Source: Promethearchaeum syntrophicum (GTDB lineage: Archaea > Asgardarchaeota > Lokiarchaeia > Sigyniarchaeales > Promethearchaeaceae). Taken from it: a stretch of 32,000 nt of DNA. The notes below the pieces were generated by a model that was not told where the DNA came from, searched no databases, and saw only the letters and a program-made list of their open reading frames with translations. Positions within the stretch are counted from its first letter, which is position 1. Every line of letters starts with the position of its first letter. This document shows positions 9,375 through 19,286 of this stretch, in pieces. A program made the position numbers and the translations under genes. The stretch covers positions 3,930,001 to 3,962,000 of the forward strand of contig NZ_CP042905.2 in assembly GCF_008000775.2 (NCBI RefSeq), written 5' to 3'.

Positions 9375-9382
9375 TTATAAAC
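9375..9382 (+). promoter_or_regulatory. Candidate archaeal TATA box upstream of the 1048-aa surface protein
   Basis: 'tttataaa' about 40 nt upstream of the ATG at 9419. Confidence 0.45.
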
Positions 9383-9418
9383 AAAATTAACTCACTTATA
9401 GACGAGAATGATTTTCTC

Positions 9419-12400
9419 ATGACAAAAAATAAAACTAAAAAAATAAATGTCATTTCTCTCATATTTATCATCTTTTTGACAGGTTTTCATAGCAATACGG
9501 GAGGGATGATTCGCCTTGAATCAGAGAATACTGATTCGCAAAATGTCTTGAATACGCCCGAAACGTCATTGTACCCCTATTCCGATATGTATCTTGAACG
9601 AAGTGCAAATTCCATGTGGCATGACGGGGATGAAGGAGGATACGGAGGCACATCTGTTCGTGAGACTTTGAAACTTAATGATTTTTGTTATGTAATGGTT
9701 GGACTTGCGACTAGTGGTCAAATCGGTATATTAGAAATATTTGACTACCCGAATTTTCATGCAGTAATACCCCAGGATCGAGCAACATATGTCACAAGTA
9801 TAAAATTTAGGTTTGGAATAAATACTATTGGAGTTAGTACAATTGAGGGAATAACAGAGGTATACATTCAATCATATGCAGATGATGGAGATCAACTAAC
9901 ATCTTCCCTTATTACTAGCAATTTAGCTATCGGTTTCACACATTTTGAAGTTGAAATAAACGATGTTGCTAGTCTCGCAAAAATTAACGCAGGAGAATAT
10001 ATTAAAAAAATGAGATTCATATTTGAAACCGACTTTAACAAACCAGCGGGTCAAATATTTATGCTTGATTACCTATATCTTGAATATAATTATGAATATT
10101 GTACCCCACCGACTGCGCCGAAATCTTTGAGTGTAACTCCGGGTGATCAACAAATTAGTTTAAATTGGCTTACCCCTGACTCAGATAACGGAGATGCGGT
10201 AAATTATTATAGAATTTATCGGAACATCAATGGTGGTTCTTATTCATTGTTCACAACAACAACTTCCACAAGCTATACAAATATAGGTTTAACCGGAGGC
10301 ACAGAATATGGATATTATATTACTGCCGTCAATGATGCAGGTGCCGGTCCTCGAAGCGATATAAAAACCACAACAGCTAAATCTATTCCGGATAAAGTAC
10401 CCGATTTAACTGCATTCGGGAAAGAATTCACAATTGACCTTGAATGGGGTCACGCGCTTCCAAATGGAGATACAATAACCCAATATAAGATATACCGGAA
10501 AATTGAGGGAGCTCCGAGTTATGACACCCTTGCTACAGTGAATTATCCAAGTTTCACCTATACCGATAATACAGCTGAAATTGCGACAAATTACCAATAT
10601 ATGGTCTCTGCAGTGAACGGTATAGGAGAAGGCCCCCCTTCAGATCCTGTGACCACCTCAACCTCAGCGGACCCCTCTGTTATGTGGAATAGTCCCGATG
10701 ACGGGGACCGAATAACATACAATAATAATACTTTAAGCCAGTTCAATTTTACCTACAATTTCAATATTGTGGATGAAGTGAACCTATATTTCAATGGGGT
10801 GTTAATAGAGGATGTGACTTCTGGGGAGAATGCCACTACTGTGTTCTTTGCTTATAATGATACTTTTGATGGAGATGTGACAGCAACTTTAAAAGGGTTA
10901 TATTTAGGGAGTGAAGTATGTTCGGAGAGTATTTCTTTGTCCTTCTCCAAAATTGAATTAGATGTGGATAATCTTATTACACATGATACAAAATTAATAG
11001 GAGATCAACTATACATGATATTCCATGATCCGAGTGGAGATGGGAGTTTTTCAACTTTCACTGAATCGAGTACGGTGTCAATGGGGGTGGGGATGGAGAT
11101 ATCGGAATTCACCGCAAGGGAAGTAATTGATTTAAGCGTGGATTTTAACTTATTTGGGTTTGAATTTGGAGCCTCAGAAAATGTTTGGGAAACGGTAGAA
11201 AATTCTCAAGGGTATGATTTTAGATATGAAATAACAGAATTGTCTACATTTTCTTCCCATATTGAAAGCGAAAATGCAGATTTTATCGGTCCTGGAAAAG
11301 GAGATATATATTGGGGTGAGGGAATGATTTTGATATATGAAGTCCGGGAGCATATCACCACATTTTTCAACCAAACTGTTGAAGAAATTCCTGAGATCAA
11401 ATATGGAATTAAAAGACTATCCAAAATCATTTGTAATGATGAAAATGCACCTGCTGAATGGCAAGCACAAAATCCCGTCTATAATGATTATACCGATGTT
11501 ATTTGGGTCGAGCCAGGTGTATCTGTCGATGGGGGGACGCCTGTAGCCAACCAATTTAGTGTTTCCTCAACTAAATCAAGATCGTCGAGTACAACAATTG
11601 AACTGGATGAAAATTATGCTTTAAAATTTGGAATAGGGAGTGAGGAAATCAATATTGTAATGACTACTTCTTATTATGCTGAGACAAGTTTAGGGCATAC
11701 AATTGAGACCGCATACACCATTTACGATGATGAACCAACCGATAGAATTGTAATGGATATAGGCATTGACCCACTTTTTGGAACCTATATTTTCCGAACA
11801 AGTGATATTTTTTCACAAACTTCAGAACCTCTTGAAGCAGGGACCTTCGATTATGTTGCGCCGGTCATTGATACACCAATTATAGATTTCGATAGTGATA
11901 AAGATCTACTTTATCCTACAGTAAATGATGCCCCTGAATTAAGTGTGGTAATCAACGATGAGGGAGGGATCCAGACATCAACAATAAACTATACTTCCGA
12001 CGGGGGGGCCACCTACCACTATATCCCATTAACTACTGGAGCAGATAATTATTATTATGGTATATTCCCGTCATGTTTTCGAGATACTATTGTTGAATAT
12101 AAAGTGCAAGCATGGGATCTTGAAGGAAATTCAGCAATATCAGCTGAAGATTCCTATACCATTATTAATTCGCCACCAACTTGTGAGATTCTTTACCCCC
12201 TCGGAAATGAAGAATTAATAACAAATCCTGCAATAGTTTGGACGGGTGAAGATGCCGATGCCGATGAAATATCTTATGACTTGTATTTCAACATAAATAA
12301 TGAAGGATGGTTATTATTGGAGGAAAATCTGACATCAAATACATTTACGTGGGATATTAGCGAATATGAAGAATCAAATGTTATTTTAAAATTGGTTGCT

Positions 12401-12565
12401 ACGGATACAGCGGGTGGCTCGGGAGAATTCATAATGGATACATCATTTGTTATTGGTGAACCTAAACCAGGAGTACCAGGTTATCCAACCGGAATAGTAA
12501 TAGGGTGTATGATATTTGGATTATTAGGTTTGGTTTATCTCAGAAAAAATAATATTCAAAAGTAA
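9419..12565 (+). CDS. Large secreted/cell-surface protein with fibronectin type III domains and C-terminal PGYP+TM+basic sorting-like tail
   Basis: N-terminal signal-like hydrophobic stretch; FN3-type repeats 'PTAPKSLSVTPGDQQISLNWLTPDSDNGDAVNYYRIYRNING...YGYYITAVNDAGAGPRSD' and 'PDKVPDLTAFGKEFTIDLEWGHAL...YKIYRKI...YQYMVSAVNGIGEGPPSDP'; tail 'KPGVPGYPTGIVIGCMIFGLLGLVYLRKNNIQK'. Confidence 0.88.
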   Translation: MTKNKTKKINVISLIFIIFLTGFHSNTGGMIRLESENTDSQNVLNTPETSLYPYSDMYLERSANSMWHDGDEGGYGGTSVRETLKLNDFCYVMVGLATSGQIGILEIFDYPNFHAVIPQDRATYVTSIKFRFGINTIGVSTIEGITEVYIQSYADDGDQLTSSLITSNLAIGFTHFEVEINDVASLAKINAGEYIKKMRFIFETDFNKPAGQIFMLDYLYLEYNYEYCTPPTAPKSLSVTPGDQQISLNWLTPDSDNGDAVNYYRIYRNINGGSYSLFTTTTSTSYTNIGLTGGTEYGYYITAVNDAGAGPRSDIKTTTAKSIPDKVPDLTAFGKEFTIDLEWGHALPNGDTITQYKIYRKIEGAPSYDTLATVNYPSFTYTDNTAEIATNYQYMVSAVNGIGEGPPSDPVTTSTSADPSVMWNSPDDGDRITYNNNTLSQFNFTYNFNIVDEVNLYFNGVLIEDVTSGENATTVFFAYNDTFDGDVTATLKGLYLGSEVCSESISLSFSKIELDVDNLITHDTKLIGDQLYMIFHDPSGDGSFSTFTESSTVSMGVGMEISEFTAREVIDLSVDFNLFGFEFGASENVWETVENSQGYDFRYEITELSTFSSHIESENADFIGPGKGDIYWGEGMILIYEVREHITTFFNQTVEEIPEIKYGIKRLSKIICNDENAPAEWQAQNPVYNDYTDVIWVEPGVSVDGGTPVANQFSVSSTKSRSSSTTIELDENYALKFGIGSEEINIVMTTSYYAETSLGHTIETAYTIYDDEPTDRIVMDIGIDPLFGTYIFRTSDIFSQTSEPLEAGTFDYVAPVIDTPIIDFDSDKDLLYPTVNDAPELSVVINDEGGIQTSTINYTSDGGATYHYIPLTTGADNYYYGIFPSCFRDTIVEYKVQAWDLEGNSAISAEDSYTIINSPPTCEILYPLGNEELITNPAIVWTGEDADADEISYDLYFNINNEGWLLLEENLTSNTFTWDISEYEESNVILKLVATDTAGGSGEFIMDTSFVIGEPKPGVPGYPTGIVIGCMIFGLLGLVYLRKNNIQK

Positions 12566-12666
12566 AGAGCGGGAAAATAACTAGGAACTTTTTTTTTTAA
12601 CTTCTTTTCATCAAAATATCATTGAACTTCAATTTTCTTTAAAGTAACTAATTCTTTCTCTAATAT

Positions 12667-14064
12667 TTATTCTTCCTTGGATTGAATATATATTAAGAAT
12701 TGGATGGGATTTAAATCTCGATTCAAATGAAAATCTTTTATCTCCTTTATTTTACCATTAAGTTCAATTTGAAAGATAGAAGTTGTGAACTCTAAGTATT
12801 TTTCAAGATCAGGAATTTCCAAATGATGTGAATTTCTCCAATCCTTGTTATATATTAGCAAAATTTGTTGATTTTTATCAATGCTACATTTTTTTAAAAG
12901 AAGTATACCTGAATCAGGATATTCATATTGAATCATTTCTCCATCTTCATTGAGACATCTATATCTCTGTTTAAATTTATTGACGGATAGAATAAAATCT
13001 GAAATATCGAATCTTGGTTCTTCATAATCTTCGGGTGTTGAGTTAACAACATTTATTCTGGTTTTAAACCCAAATTCATACCCAATTGGCATTTCTACCC
13101 CTGCAGAAAAAAACGAAGCAAAGAAATATTTGAATTCTTGAATATCTTCCCTACCATCGGTATCAAAAGCGACTCTTATTGTATCATGATTCTCAGGAAA
13201 ACTTATAGAGGGTGCGAATTTTCGGTATTTATTATATTGTTCCAGACACCAAGGTGCAGTATAATCCCACCATTTAGAACTACAGGCAATATAATCAAAA
13301 TCTGCCTCTGAAAGCTCATCGTATTGCTCTAAAGTTGCACCAAGTGTTTCTGCATAAAAAATTGCATTTGAATTTTTATTTTTTACATAAGAGAGTAAAT
13401 TTTTCCATATAGTACTAGGAACTTGATAAGCCGCATCAACCCGAAATCCATCAATACCAAGGAGATCATAGAAATCAAATAATTTTTTCCAATAAGCTAA
13501 GATTGAATCAACATCCGGAGAATCATAATCAATTTCCGCTAAATCTCCCCATATTTGAATATCATTGGCATTCTCCGGATTAATTGCGTAAGGATTAGCA
13601 ATCTGCCATTTGATCTCATACTCTTCAGTAGGGTATTCTTTTTTTGAAGGTTTTTCCGCTCGTTCAAAGAATTTAATCTTATTTCCAGATGATTTTTCAA
13701 TTATAACCCATTTTTTCTTAAACCAACTTGGATGCTCAGAAATTAATGGAGAATCGATTGCAGTGTGGTTAAAAACTATATCTATCATAAATTTTAGACC
13801 ATTTGCATGAATCTTTGTTATAAAAGTTTTTAACGATCCCCAACTGATTTCATCTTTTTTATTAAGAGCAAACATGGGATTTAATCGAAAGTAATTTTTA
13901 ATCGAATAAAGTGAGCCCGAAAACCCAGTATAATTGACGGGATTAACGAAAATCCAATTAAATCCCATCTTTATAATTCTTTTCAAATGTAAGTCCCAAT
14001 TATCTATGGACCCTAACAAACGAGGAAACAGGTTATAAATTCGAGGGGATGTTTTATTTTTCAT
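12667..14064 (-). CDS. GH13 alpha-amylase-family glycoside hydrolase/transglycosidase
   Basis: Conserved GH13 regions 'MIDIVFNHTA', 'GIDGFRVDAAYQVP' (nucleophile), 'IFYAETLG' (acid/base) and 'SFPENHDTIRVA' (third carboxylate); the 'AETLG...FDYIACSSKWWDYTAPW' context resembles the GlgE-like subgroup. Confidence 0.88.
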   Translation of the reverse strand: MKNKTSPRIYNLFPRLLGSIDNWDLHLKRIIKMGFNWIFVNPVNYTGFSGSLYSIKNYFRLNPMFALNKKDEISWGSLKTFITKIHANGLKFMIDIVFNHTAIDSPLISEHPSWFKKKWVIIEKSSGNKIKFFERAEKPSKKEYPTEEYEIKWQIANPYAINPENANDIQIWGDLAEIDYDSPDVDSILAYWKKLFDFYDLLGIDGFRVDAAYQVPSTIWKNLLSYVKNKNSNAIFYAETLGATLEQYDELSEADFDYIACSSKWWDYTAPWCLEQYNKYRKFAPSISFPENHDTIRVAFDTDGREDIQEFKYFFASFFSAGVEMPIGYEFGFKTRINVVNSTPEDYEEPRFDISDFILSVNKFKQRYRCLNEDGEMIQYEYPDSGILLLKKCSIDKNQQILLIYNKDWRNSHHLEIPDLEKYLEFTTSIFQIELNGKIKEIKDFHLNRDLNPIQFLIYIQSKEE

Positions 14065-14070
14065 TTTTAA

Positions 14071-14532
14071 TCAATTCGATTTTAAATAATCTTTTATCGC
14101 TAAATGCAATGTCGTTACTGCTAATGTAGCACAATGATAATTATCCTTAGGGAATTTGCCCAAAGCATCTAAAACTTGCTTATCGGTGAGTTCAAGCGCT
14201 TCTGTTATTGATTTTTTATCTGCCATTTTTGCACATTGCGATGCAGCGATACTTGATGTCGTACATCCATCAGTTTCATAAGAAATCTCTGAAATTATAC
14301 CATCTTCGATATTTAAATAATATGTGATTGAATCTCCACAAGAACCTCGCCAATTTCTCTGAACTGAAATTTTATTCGGGGGTAATTTCCCATATTTATA
14401 AGGATTATCCACAAATTCTAGAGCAATATCTGAGAAATCTTCGTGTACCTTATTATCGATAACATTTTGTAAATCTTTAACAAAATCATCAAATTCTGTA
14501 ACGTCCTTCTCATTTTTTTCTTTATTTTTCAT
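14071..14532 (-). CDS. NifU/IscU N-terminal-like Fe-S cluster scaffold protein
   Basis: 'NPYKYGKLPPNKISVQRNWRGSCGDSITYYLNIEDGIISEISYETDGCTTSSIAASQCAKMADKKSI...YHCATLAVTTLHLAIKDY', with the three conserved Cys positions. The start was moved to M32 of the listed ORF (14532), which removes the overlap with the divergent permease gene. Confidence 0.85.
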   Translation of the reverse strand: MKNKEKNEKDVTEFDDFVKDLQNVIDNKVHEDFSDIALEFVDNPYKYGKLPPNKISVQRNWRGSCGDSITYYLNIEDGIISEISYETDGCTTSSIAASQCAKMADKKSITEALELTDKQVLDALGKFPKDNYHCATLAVTTLHLAIKDYLKSN

Positions 14533-14619
14533 CTGGAATTCTCTTGTTAAATTAATTAAACAAAAAATATAAGCAAAGTGAAAATAGTTAATAATAAATC
14601 CACTTCTTAGGTATTTAAG

Positions 14620-15810
14620 ATGCATCTAACCAAATATTTAATATCGTTCATTAAAAAATACAAAATTCGGTATATTGCTTGTATTATCGGATTTAGTATG
14701 GCTCTAGGTGCTATTTTTGCAACAACCAGCTATTCTGAGATGTTAAATTCATCCATGAATCGCCTCTATTTTGTTAAGGATGATAATTTCATGATTCTAA
14801 GTAAAGGAACTTCTATAATTCAGATTATTCCTTATGATTCTAAAGTAACCGAAAATGTTTCGCATACACTGGATGAAATTCCAGGAGTAAATTTTGCGTT
14901 TCCCTTAATATTCAAAAATTTTGGGAATGAAACCCAAATTAATTATTTTAAAACTACAATTTTAGGGATTAAATTCACATTTCTTATAGATTATTATTTG
15001 AAGGATGTTGAATTAAAAGAAGGAAAATGGCCAGAAGAAGGAAAAAATGAAACGATTATAGGTCCTGATGCAGGAGGAGGTACATTAAATGTTAATGATT
15101 CAATAACTATACTAAATAAACAATATAAAATTACTGGGATTCTTGAATCAGATTCAGTTTTCTTGGATAGATTTGTTTATGTTGAATATGAGGATATACA
15201 AGAACTGTATGGCATGGATGGTTTCTGTTCTGTATATTATGTTATTGGAGACGCTCAGATATTTAGTGATTCAAATCAATTCAATTTAGTTAAAGCAGAA
15301 ATTGAAACTGAACATCCTTATGTAGAAGTTATTGGTTCTGAATTGTTAGATGAAGCAGCAGGCAATATTTTCAAAGTTTTTGATGCACTTCAAGTAATAT
15401 TAGCAATTTTTCCCTTAGCAATCAGCGTTATTTTTATTTTTATCCTTATGATGTTAAATGTAAAAGATCAAATGAGAGAATTTGGAATGCTTCAAGCGAT
15501 AGGAATGTCTTCATCTCGAATAGGTTTAATTATTTTTCTACAGACGCTACTAATTACTATTCTAGGATATATTCTATCTATATTTACAGGATTAATGTTT
15601 TTATCATACTCGTTTTATCTAATGGACGAGTATACTACAAGATCAACAAATGGGTGGAATTATGCTCTGAGTATGAAAAATAAGATTCCGAGTTATTTAT
15701 ATTTGCAGATTTTTATTGGAGCAATTTTAATCGGAATTTTAGTTGCAATTTATCCATCAATAAAAGCTACCCGAGTAAGCATAGTTAAAAGTTTTAGAAA
15801 AGAAGAATAA
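14620..15810 (+). CDS. ABC transporter permease, FtsX/MacB type
   Basis: TM-periplasmic-like domain-3TM layout: N-terminal 'YIACIIGFSMALGAIFATTSYSEML', C-terminal 'MNVKDQMREFGMLQAIGMSSSRIGLIIFLQTLLITILGYILSIFTGLMF' and 'LVAIYPSIKATRVSIVKSFR'. Confidence 0.88.
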   Translation: MHLTKYLISFIKKYKIRYIACIIGFSMALGAIFATTSYSEMLNSSMNRLYFVKDDNFMILSKGTSIIQIIPYDSKVTENVSHTLDEIPGVNFAFPLIFKNFGNETQINYFKTTILGIKFTFLIDYYLKDVELKEGKWPEEGKNETIIGPDAGGGTLNVNDSITILNKQYKITGILESDSVFLDRFVYVEYEDIQELYGMDGFCSVYYVIGDAQIFSDSNQFNLVKAEIETEHPYVEVIGSELLDEAAGNIFKVFDALQVILAIFPLAISVIFIFILMMLNVKDQMREFGMLQAIGMSSSRIGLIIFLQTLLITILGYILSIFTGLMFLSYSFYLMDEYTTRSTNGWNYALSMKNKIPSYLYLQIFIGAILIGILVAIYPSIKATRVSIVKSFRKEE

Positions 15811-15835
15811 TGATTTTAAAATAAGAAAAAAAGAA

Positions 15836-16996
15836 ATGGGCTTAAGAAGAATGAAATTACAATCATATATTATCAATAATCTGACCAATAAAAAAGGTCG
15901 AACAATATTGATGGTTTTGGGTATAATTTTTGCTTGCTCGGGAATGATTGTGATTAATTTGATGACCGAAAAATATTCCAGGATTTCAACGGCATTCTTT
16001 ACTCCATTTAATGATTATGATCAAATAGTAGAGCGTGGAACGGATTATATCCAGCTTCTCCCGATTAGTTCTTCCATAGATCAAAATAAACAGATTGAAA
16101 TCGAGGAAAAACTTGAAGTCGAAAGTATCCCAAGTCTTTTAATTTCAAACATAATTGAAATAACATCGTTTAAAACTATGGGTTTAAACCTCGAAGATAT
16201 GCCAATTTTATTAAATAAAATGCAATTAAATTCTGGATTTTGGCCAAATAATTCCAAACAAATTATAGTAGGTGACTATTGGGGAAAATATGGAAATTTA
16301 ACACTTTACAATGAGACATTTCAAATTGTAGGTTCAATAGCCCCCTCTTATACCTTTTTGGACCAAATGATCTATATGGACCTAAATGAATTACAGATTT
16401 TAACGGGTCTTTCTAATCAGGTATCGGTTATTTTTATTCCAAATGAAATAGAGGAGCAAAACAACTTAATAGAAGAATTTGAATTGGAATTTCCTCAACT
16501 AGATCTCCTTACAGTGAAAGAAATGGATAATATCAAAGGAGGATTATCTAGTTACATAAATAATATAAGTATTGTATTATCCAGTTTTTCAACAATATCA
16601 GCGTTAATATTTATTTTTTCTATAGAAACGATAAATATATACAGTAAAAAGAAAGATTTTGATATAATGGTTATTCTCGGTACTCCAAAAAAAAAAATTC
16701 TTGGATTATTAATTAATGAATCCATTTTTTTAAGTACTATTGGATTAATTTTAGGTTTACCGTTTTCAATACTTAGTTTTTCTTTGATATGGTCCAAAAT
16801 GTTACAATCTGTAGGTAGAAGTAGTTTCAATTTAATATTTGTTAGAGAATTTCGAATTTTAATTAATACTTTGCCATTAAAAATGCTTTTATCAACATCA
16901 CTTTTTATTATTCTATTTGGATTGGCTTTTACAATCATTCCCGCTCTGCTTGCTTTAAAAAAATATAACCTTGGAGATATTAAACAGAAATTTTAA
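15836..16996 (+). CDS. ABC transporter permease, FtsX/MacB type
   Basis: 'NKKGRTILMVLGIIFACSGMIVINLM', 'YSKKKDFDIMVILGTPKKKILGLLINESIFLSTIGLILGLPFSI', 'LFGLAFTIIPALLALKKYN'. Confidence 0.88.
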   Translation: MGLRRMKLQSYIINNLTNKKGRTILMVLGIIFACSGMIVINLMTEKYSRISTAFFTPFNDYDQIVERGTDYIQLLPISSSIDQNKQIEIEEKLEVESIPSLLISNIIEITSFKTMGLNLEDMPILLNKMQLNSGFWPNNSKQIIVGDYWGKYGNLTLYNETFQIVGSIAPSYTFLDQMIYMDLNELQILTGLSNQVSVIFIPNEIEEQNNLIEEFELEFPQLDLLTVKEMDNIKGGLSSYINNISIVLSSFSTISALIFIFSIETINIYSKKKDFDIMVILGTPKKKILGLLINESIFLSTIGLILGLPFSILSFSLIWSKMLQSVGRSSFNLIFVREFRILINTLPLKMLLSTSLFIILFGLAFTIIPALLALKKYNLGDIKQKF

Positions 16997-17016
16997 AATT
17001 TAAATAGTGATATATC

Positions 17017-17712
17017 ATGAAAAATGAAAAAAATCCCGAAAACATTATTGAAATTAAAAATCTAACCAAAAATTTCACCACACCTTCAGAAACATTAAAA
17101 GTATTACGAGGCATAAATTTAACCATCAGAAGAGGTGAATTTATAAGTATTATGGGTCCGAGTGGGAGTGGTAAATCTACATTACTGAACATCATTGGAT
17201 TATTGGATTCTTTTGAAGAAGGTGATTATTTCCTTTCAGGTATTGACATTAACACTCTATCATTTAAAGATAAGCGAAGAATTCGGTTATATAAACTGGG
17301 ATTTATTTTTCAAACATTTAATCTTATTCAAACATTAACAATTCAACAAAATATTGAATTTCCCATGGCATTAGCAAAAATATCACAATCAAAACAGAAT
17401 GAAAAATCGGAAATATTACTGGAGAAATTTGGATTGAGTAATAAGGCAAGAAATTTCCCCTATCAGTTGAGTATTGGGGAACAACAAAGAGTTGCTATTT
17501 CAAGAGCATTAGTAATGGAACCTGTTCTGATTTTATTGGATGAACCTACTGGAAACCTCGATGCTAAAAATTCTGAGAAAACTTTGGATTATTTGCAGAC
17601 TTTGAGACGGTTTAATACATCTATCCTGATAGTCTCCCATAATCCAACCGTTAAGAGAATTACCGATAAAAATTACATACTTGAAGAAGGGGTATTAAAA
17701 CCTTTTAAATAA
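17017..17712 (+). CDS. ABC transporter ATP-binding protein, LolD/MacB type
   Basis: Walker A 'GPSGSGKST', ABC signature 'LSIGEQQR', Walker B 'LILLDEPTGNLD', H-loop 'ILIVSHNP'. Confidence 0.96.
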   Translation: MKNEKNPENIIEIKNLTKNFTTPSETLKVLRGINLTIRRGEFISIMGPSGSGKSTLLNIIGLLDSFEEGDYFLSGIDINTLSFKDKRRIRLYKLGFIFQTFNLIQTLTIQQNIEFPMALAKISQSKQNEKSEILLEKFGLSNKARNFPYQLSIGEQQRVAISRALVMEPVLILLDEPTGNLDAKNSEKTLDYLQTLRRFNTSILIVSHNPTVKRITDKNYILEEGVLKPFK

Positions 17713-17823
17713 GATTTTCCTTTGATTTTACTATTTCCATAAGATTCTGATAAGAATATTTTTAAGAACGAAATTTATATTTATTCTAATTCTTCCTAAT
17801 TGGAAGAATATAACTTTTAAGCA

Positions 17824-19182
17824 ATGATAAAAATGAAAAATAAAAATCTTAGCTTTTCAATAGCAATCATATTACTAACAAGCTTGATCTTCAGTATGGT
17901 GGTGTCAGTTCGAGCAGATTATAGTTATAATTACAGTAGCACATATTTCAATTATGATGTTGTAGAAGGAGATATTTTTGAATATAATACAAATTTCTTT
18001 TTCAATTTTTCAGCATCGAATACATTCTATGATGAAATGGATCTCTGGATTACAAACATGTCCACCACAGAAAATAATACTCTTGAAGATTTTAGCTCAG
18101 AGATGTATATCAATGATCTCAAAGATTTCTTGGAATTGGATTACAAGTTACAAATCCAAATAACCGAGATGTATCAAGGAATATATAGCGAAATAAATTC
18201 TGATGGAACTAGTGAAACATATAATAGAGATATAATAAATGCTTCACTCCAAGCAGATTTAAATGAGGGAAATGGGTGGGAATCTCCTGTAGTAGTTGAA
18301 ATCGATAAACTCGAAGATTCAAAGACATTCATGGCAAACTATCTCAATGAGACTCAATATGAAGAATATGAAACAATTGTTAATATGACAATAAATAACA
18401 CTCAGGATCCAGCTAACCAGCCAAATTGGGCCAACATGGAAGTCTCTTCATTGAATAGTTCAGTGAGATCATATTATGAAAATGGAACTTTAATAGAAAC
18501 CGAACTTAGAGAACTAGATAATGGTACAATTGAACCAGTGAGACCATTTTCAGATTTCGGAGTTCCAGGAGTAGGCGTACCATTACTATTTCCAACCGAG
18601 ATGAATTTCAATGATTTCTATAATTATTCAAAAGAGATGTTTAAATTCGATTTATTATACAAACTAGAAAACAATGAAACTATTGCTCCATTAAATAGCA
18701 CGGATACTCTCCAAAGTTTGATGACAGATCAAGGAATTACTAATTTATACGTAGACCAAAAATCTGTGGGAATTGTATGGAATATTGAAAATTTAACTAC
18801 GAATTTTATAAGTTTCTTTGTGTTAGATGACTCAACTTCTAATAATACCATGGGAATCGCCGATTCTGTGGGTTCGCTATCGATCGCTGTAGAATATGAT
18901 GATGTTTGGGCATTAAATACTTTCGCAGTATATGCTCATATTGGACTAACGGCTAACACAACAGGATTAGAAGGAGCTCCAGACTTAGATATGGAAGAAA
19001 TATCTCTGGATTTCACCTATATAATCGCTCGAGAAGGAGTAAAACCCCCAACTGAAGAAGATATTCTCGAAGGAAAGATTGGAGAAAACAGTCCTTTTGA
19101 AATTCCAGGATTTCCTGCATTGTTTATTGGATTATTTGGATTAATATCAGTTTCAGCTTTAATTATCAAGCATAGAAAATAA
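17824..19182 (+). CDS. Predicted secreted surface protein with PGFP+TM+basic C-terminal sorting-like signal
   Basis: Signal peptide 'MKNKNLSFSIAIILLTSLIFSMVVSVRADY', N-glycosylation-sequon-rich ectodomain, and tail 'IPGFPALFIGLFGLISVSALIIKHRK' (19102-19179). Confidence 0.8.
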   Translation: MIKMKNKNLSFSIAIILLTSLIFSMVVSVRADYSYNYSSTYFNYDVVEGDIFEYNTNFFFNFSASNTFYDEMDLWITNMSTTENNTLEDFSSEMYINDLKDFLELDYKLQIQITEMYQGIYSEINSDGTSETYNRDIINASLQADLNEGNGWESPVVVEIDKLEDSKTFMANYLNETQYEEYETIVNMTINNTQDPANQPNWANMEVSSLNSSVRSYYENGTLIETELRELDNGTIEPVRPFSDFGVPGVGVPLLFPTEMNFNDFYNYSKEMFKFDLLYKLENNETIAPLNSTDTLQSLMTDQGITNLYVDQKSVGIVWNIENLTTNFISFFVLDDSTSNNTMGIADSVGSLSIAVEYDDVWALNTFAVYAHIGLTANTTGLEGAPDLDMEEISLDFTYIIAREGVKPPTEEDILEGKIGENSPFEIPGFPALFIGLFGLISVSALIIKHRK

Positions 19183-19286
19183 ATGAAAAAAAATAATAAT
19201 CCTTTTTTTTCTTTTTTTATTTTATTTCAATTTAACGCAGTTTAACAAAATTTTTAAAAAAATCTTTGACTTTATATTAATATTGA

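Noticed and set aside
9468-11546. Short ORFs overlapping the 1048-aa surface gene (9468-9653, 10406-10597, 11174-11374, 11206-11430, 11337-11546)
   Set aside because: All are nested in a much longer ORF with recognisable domains and show no independent protein features.
14533-14625. Listed N-terminal extension of the NifU-like ORF overlapping the divergent permease start
   Set aside because: M32 (14532) leaves the conserved domain intact and gives a normal intergenic space.
16980-17195. Antisense ORF 16980-17195 over the start of the LolD-like ATPase gene
   Set aside because: Opposes the Walker A region of a clear ATPase gene; no independent support.
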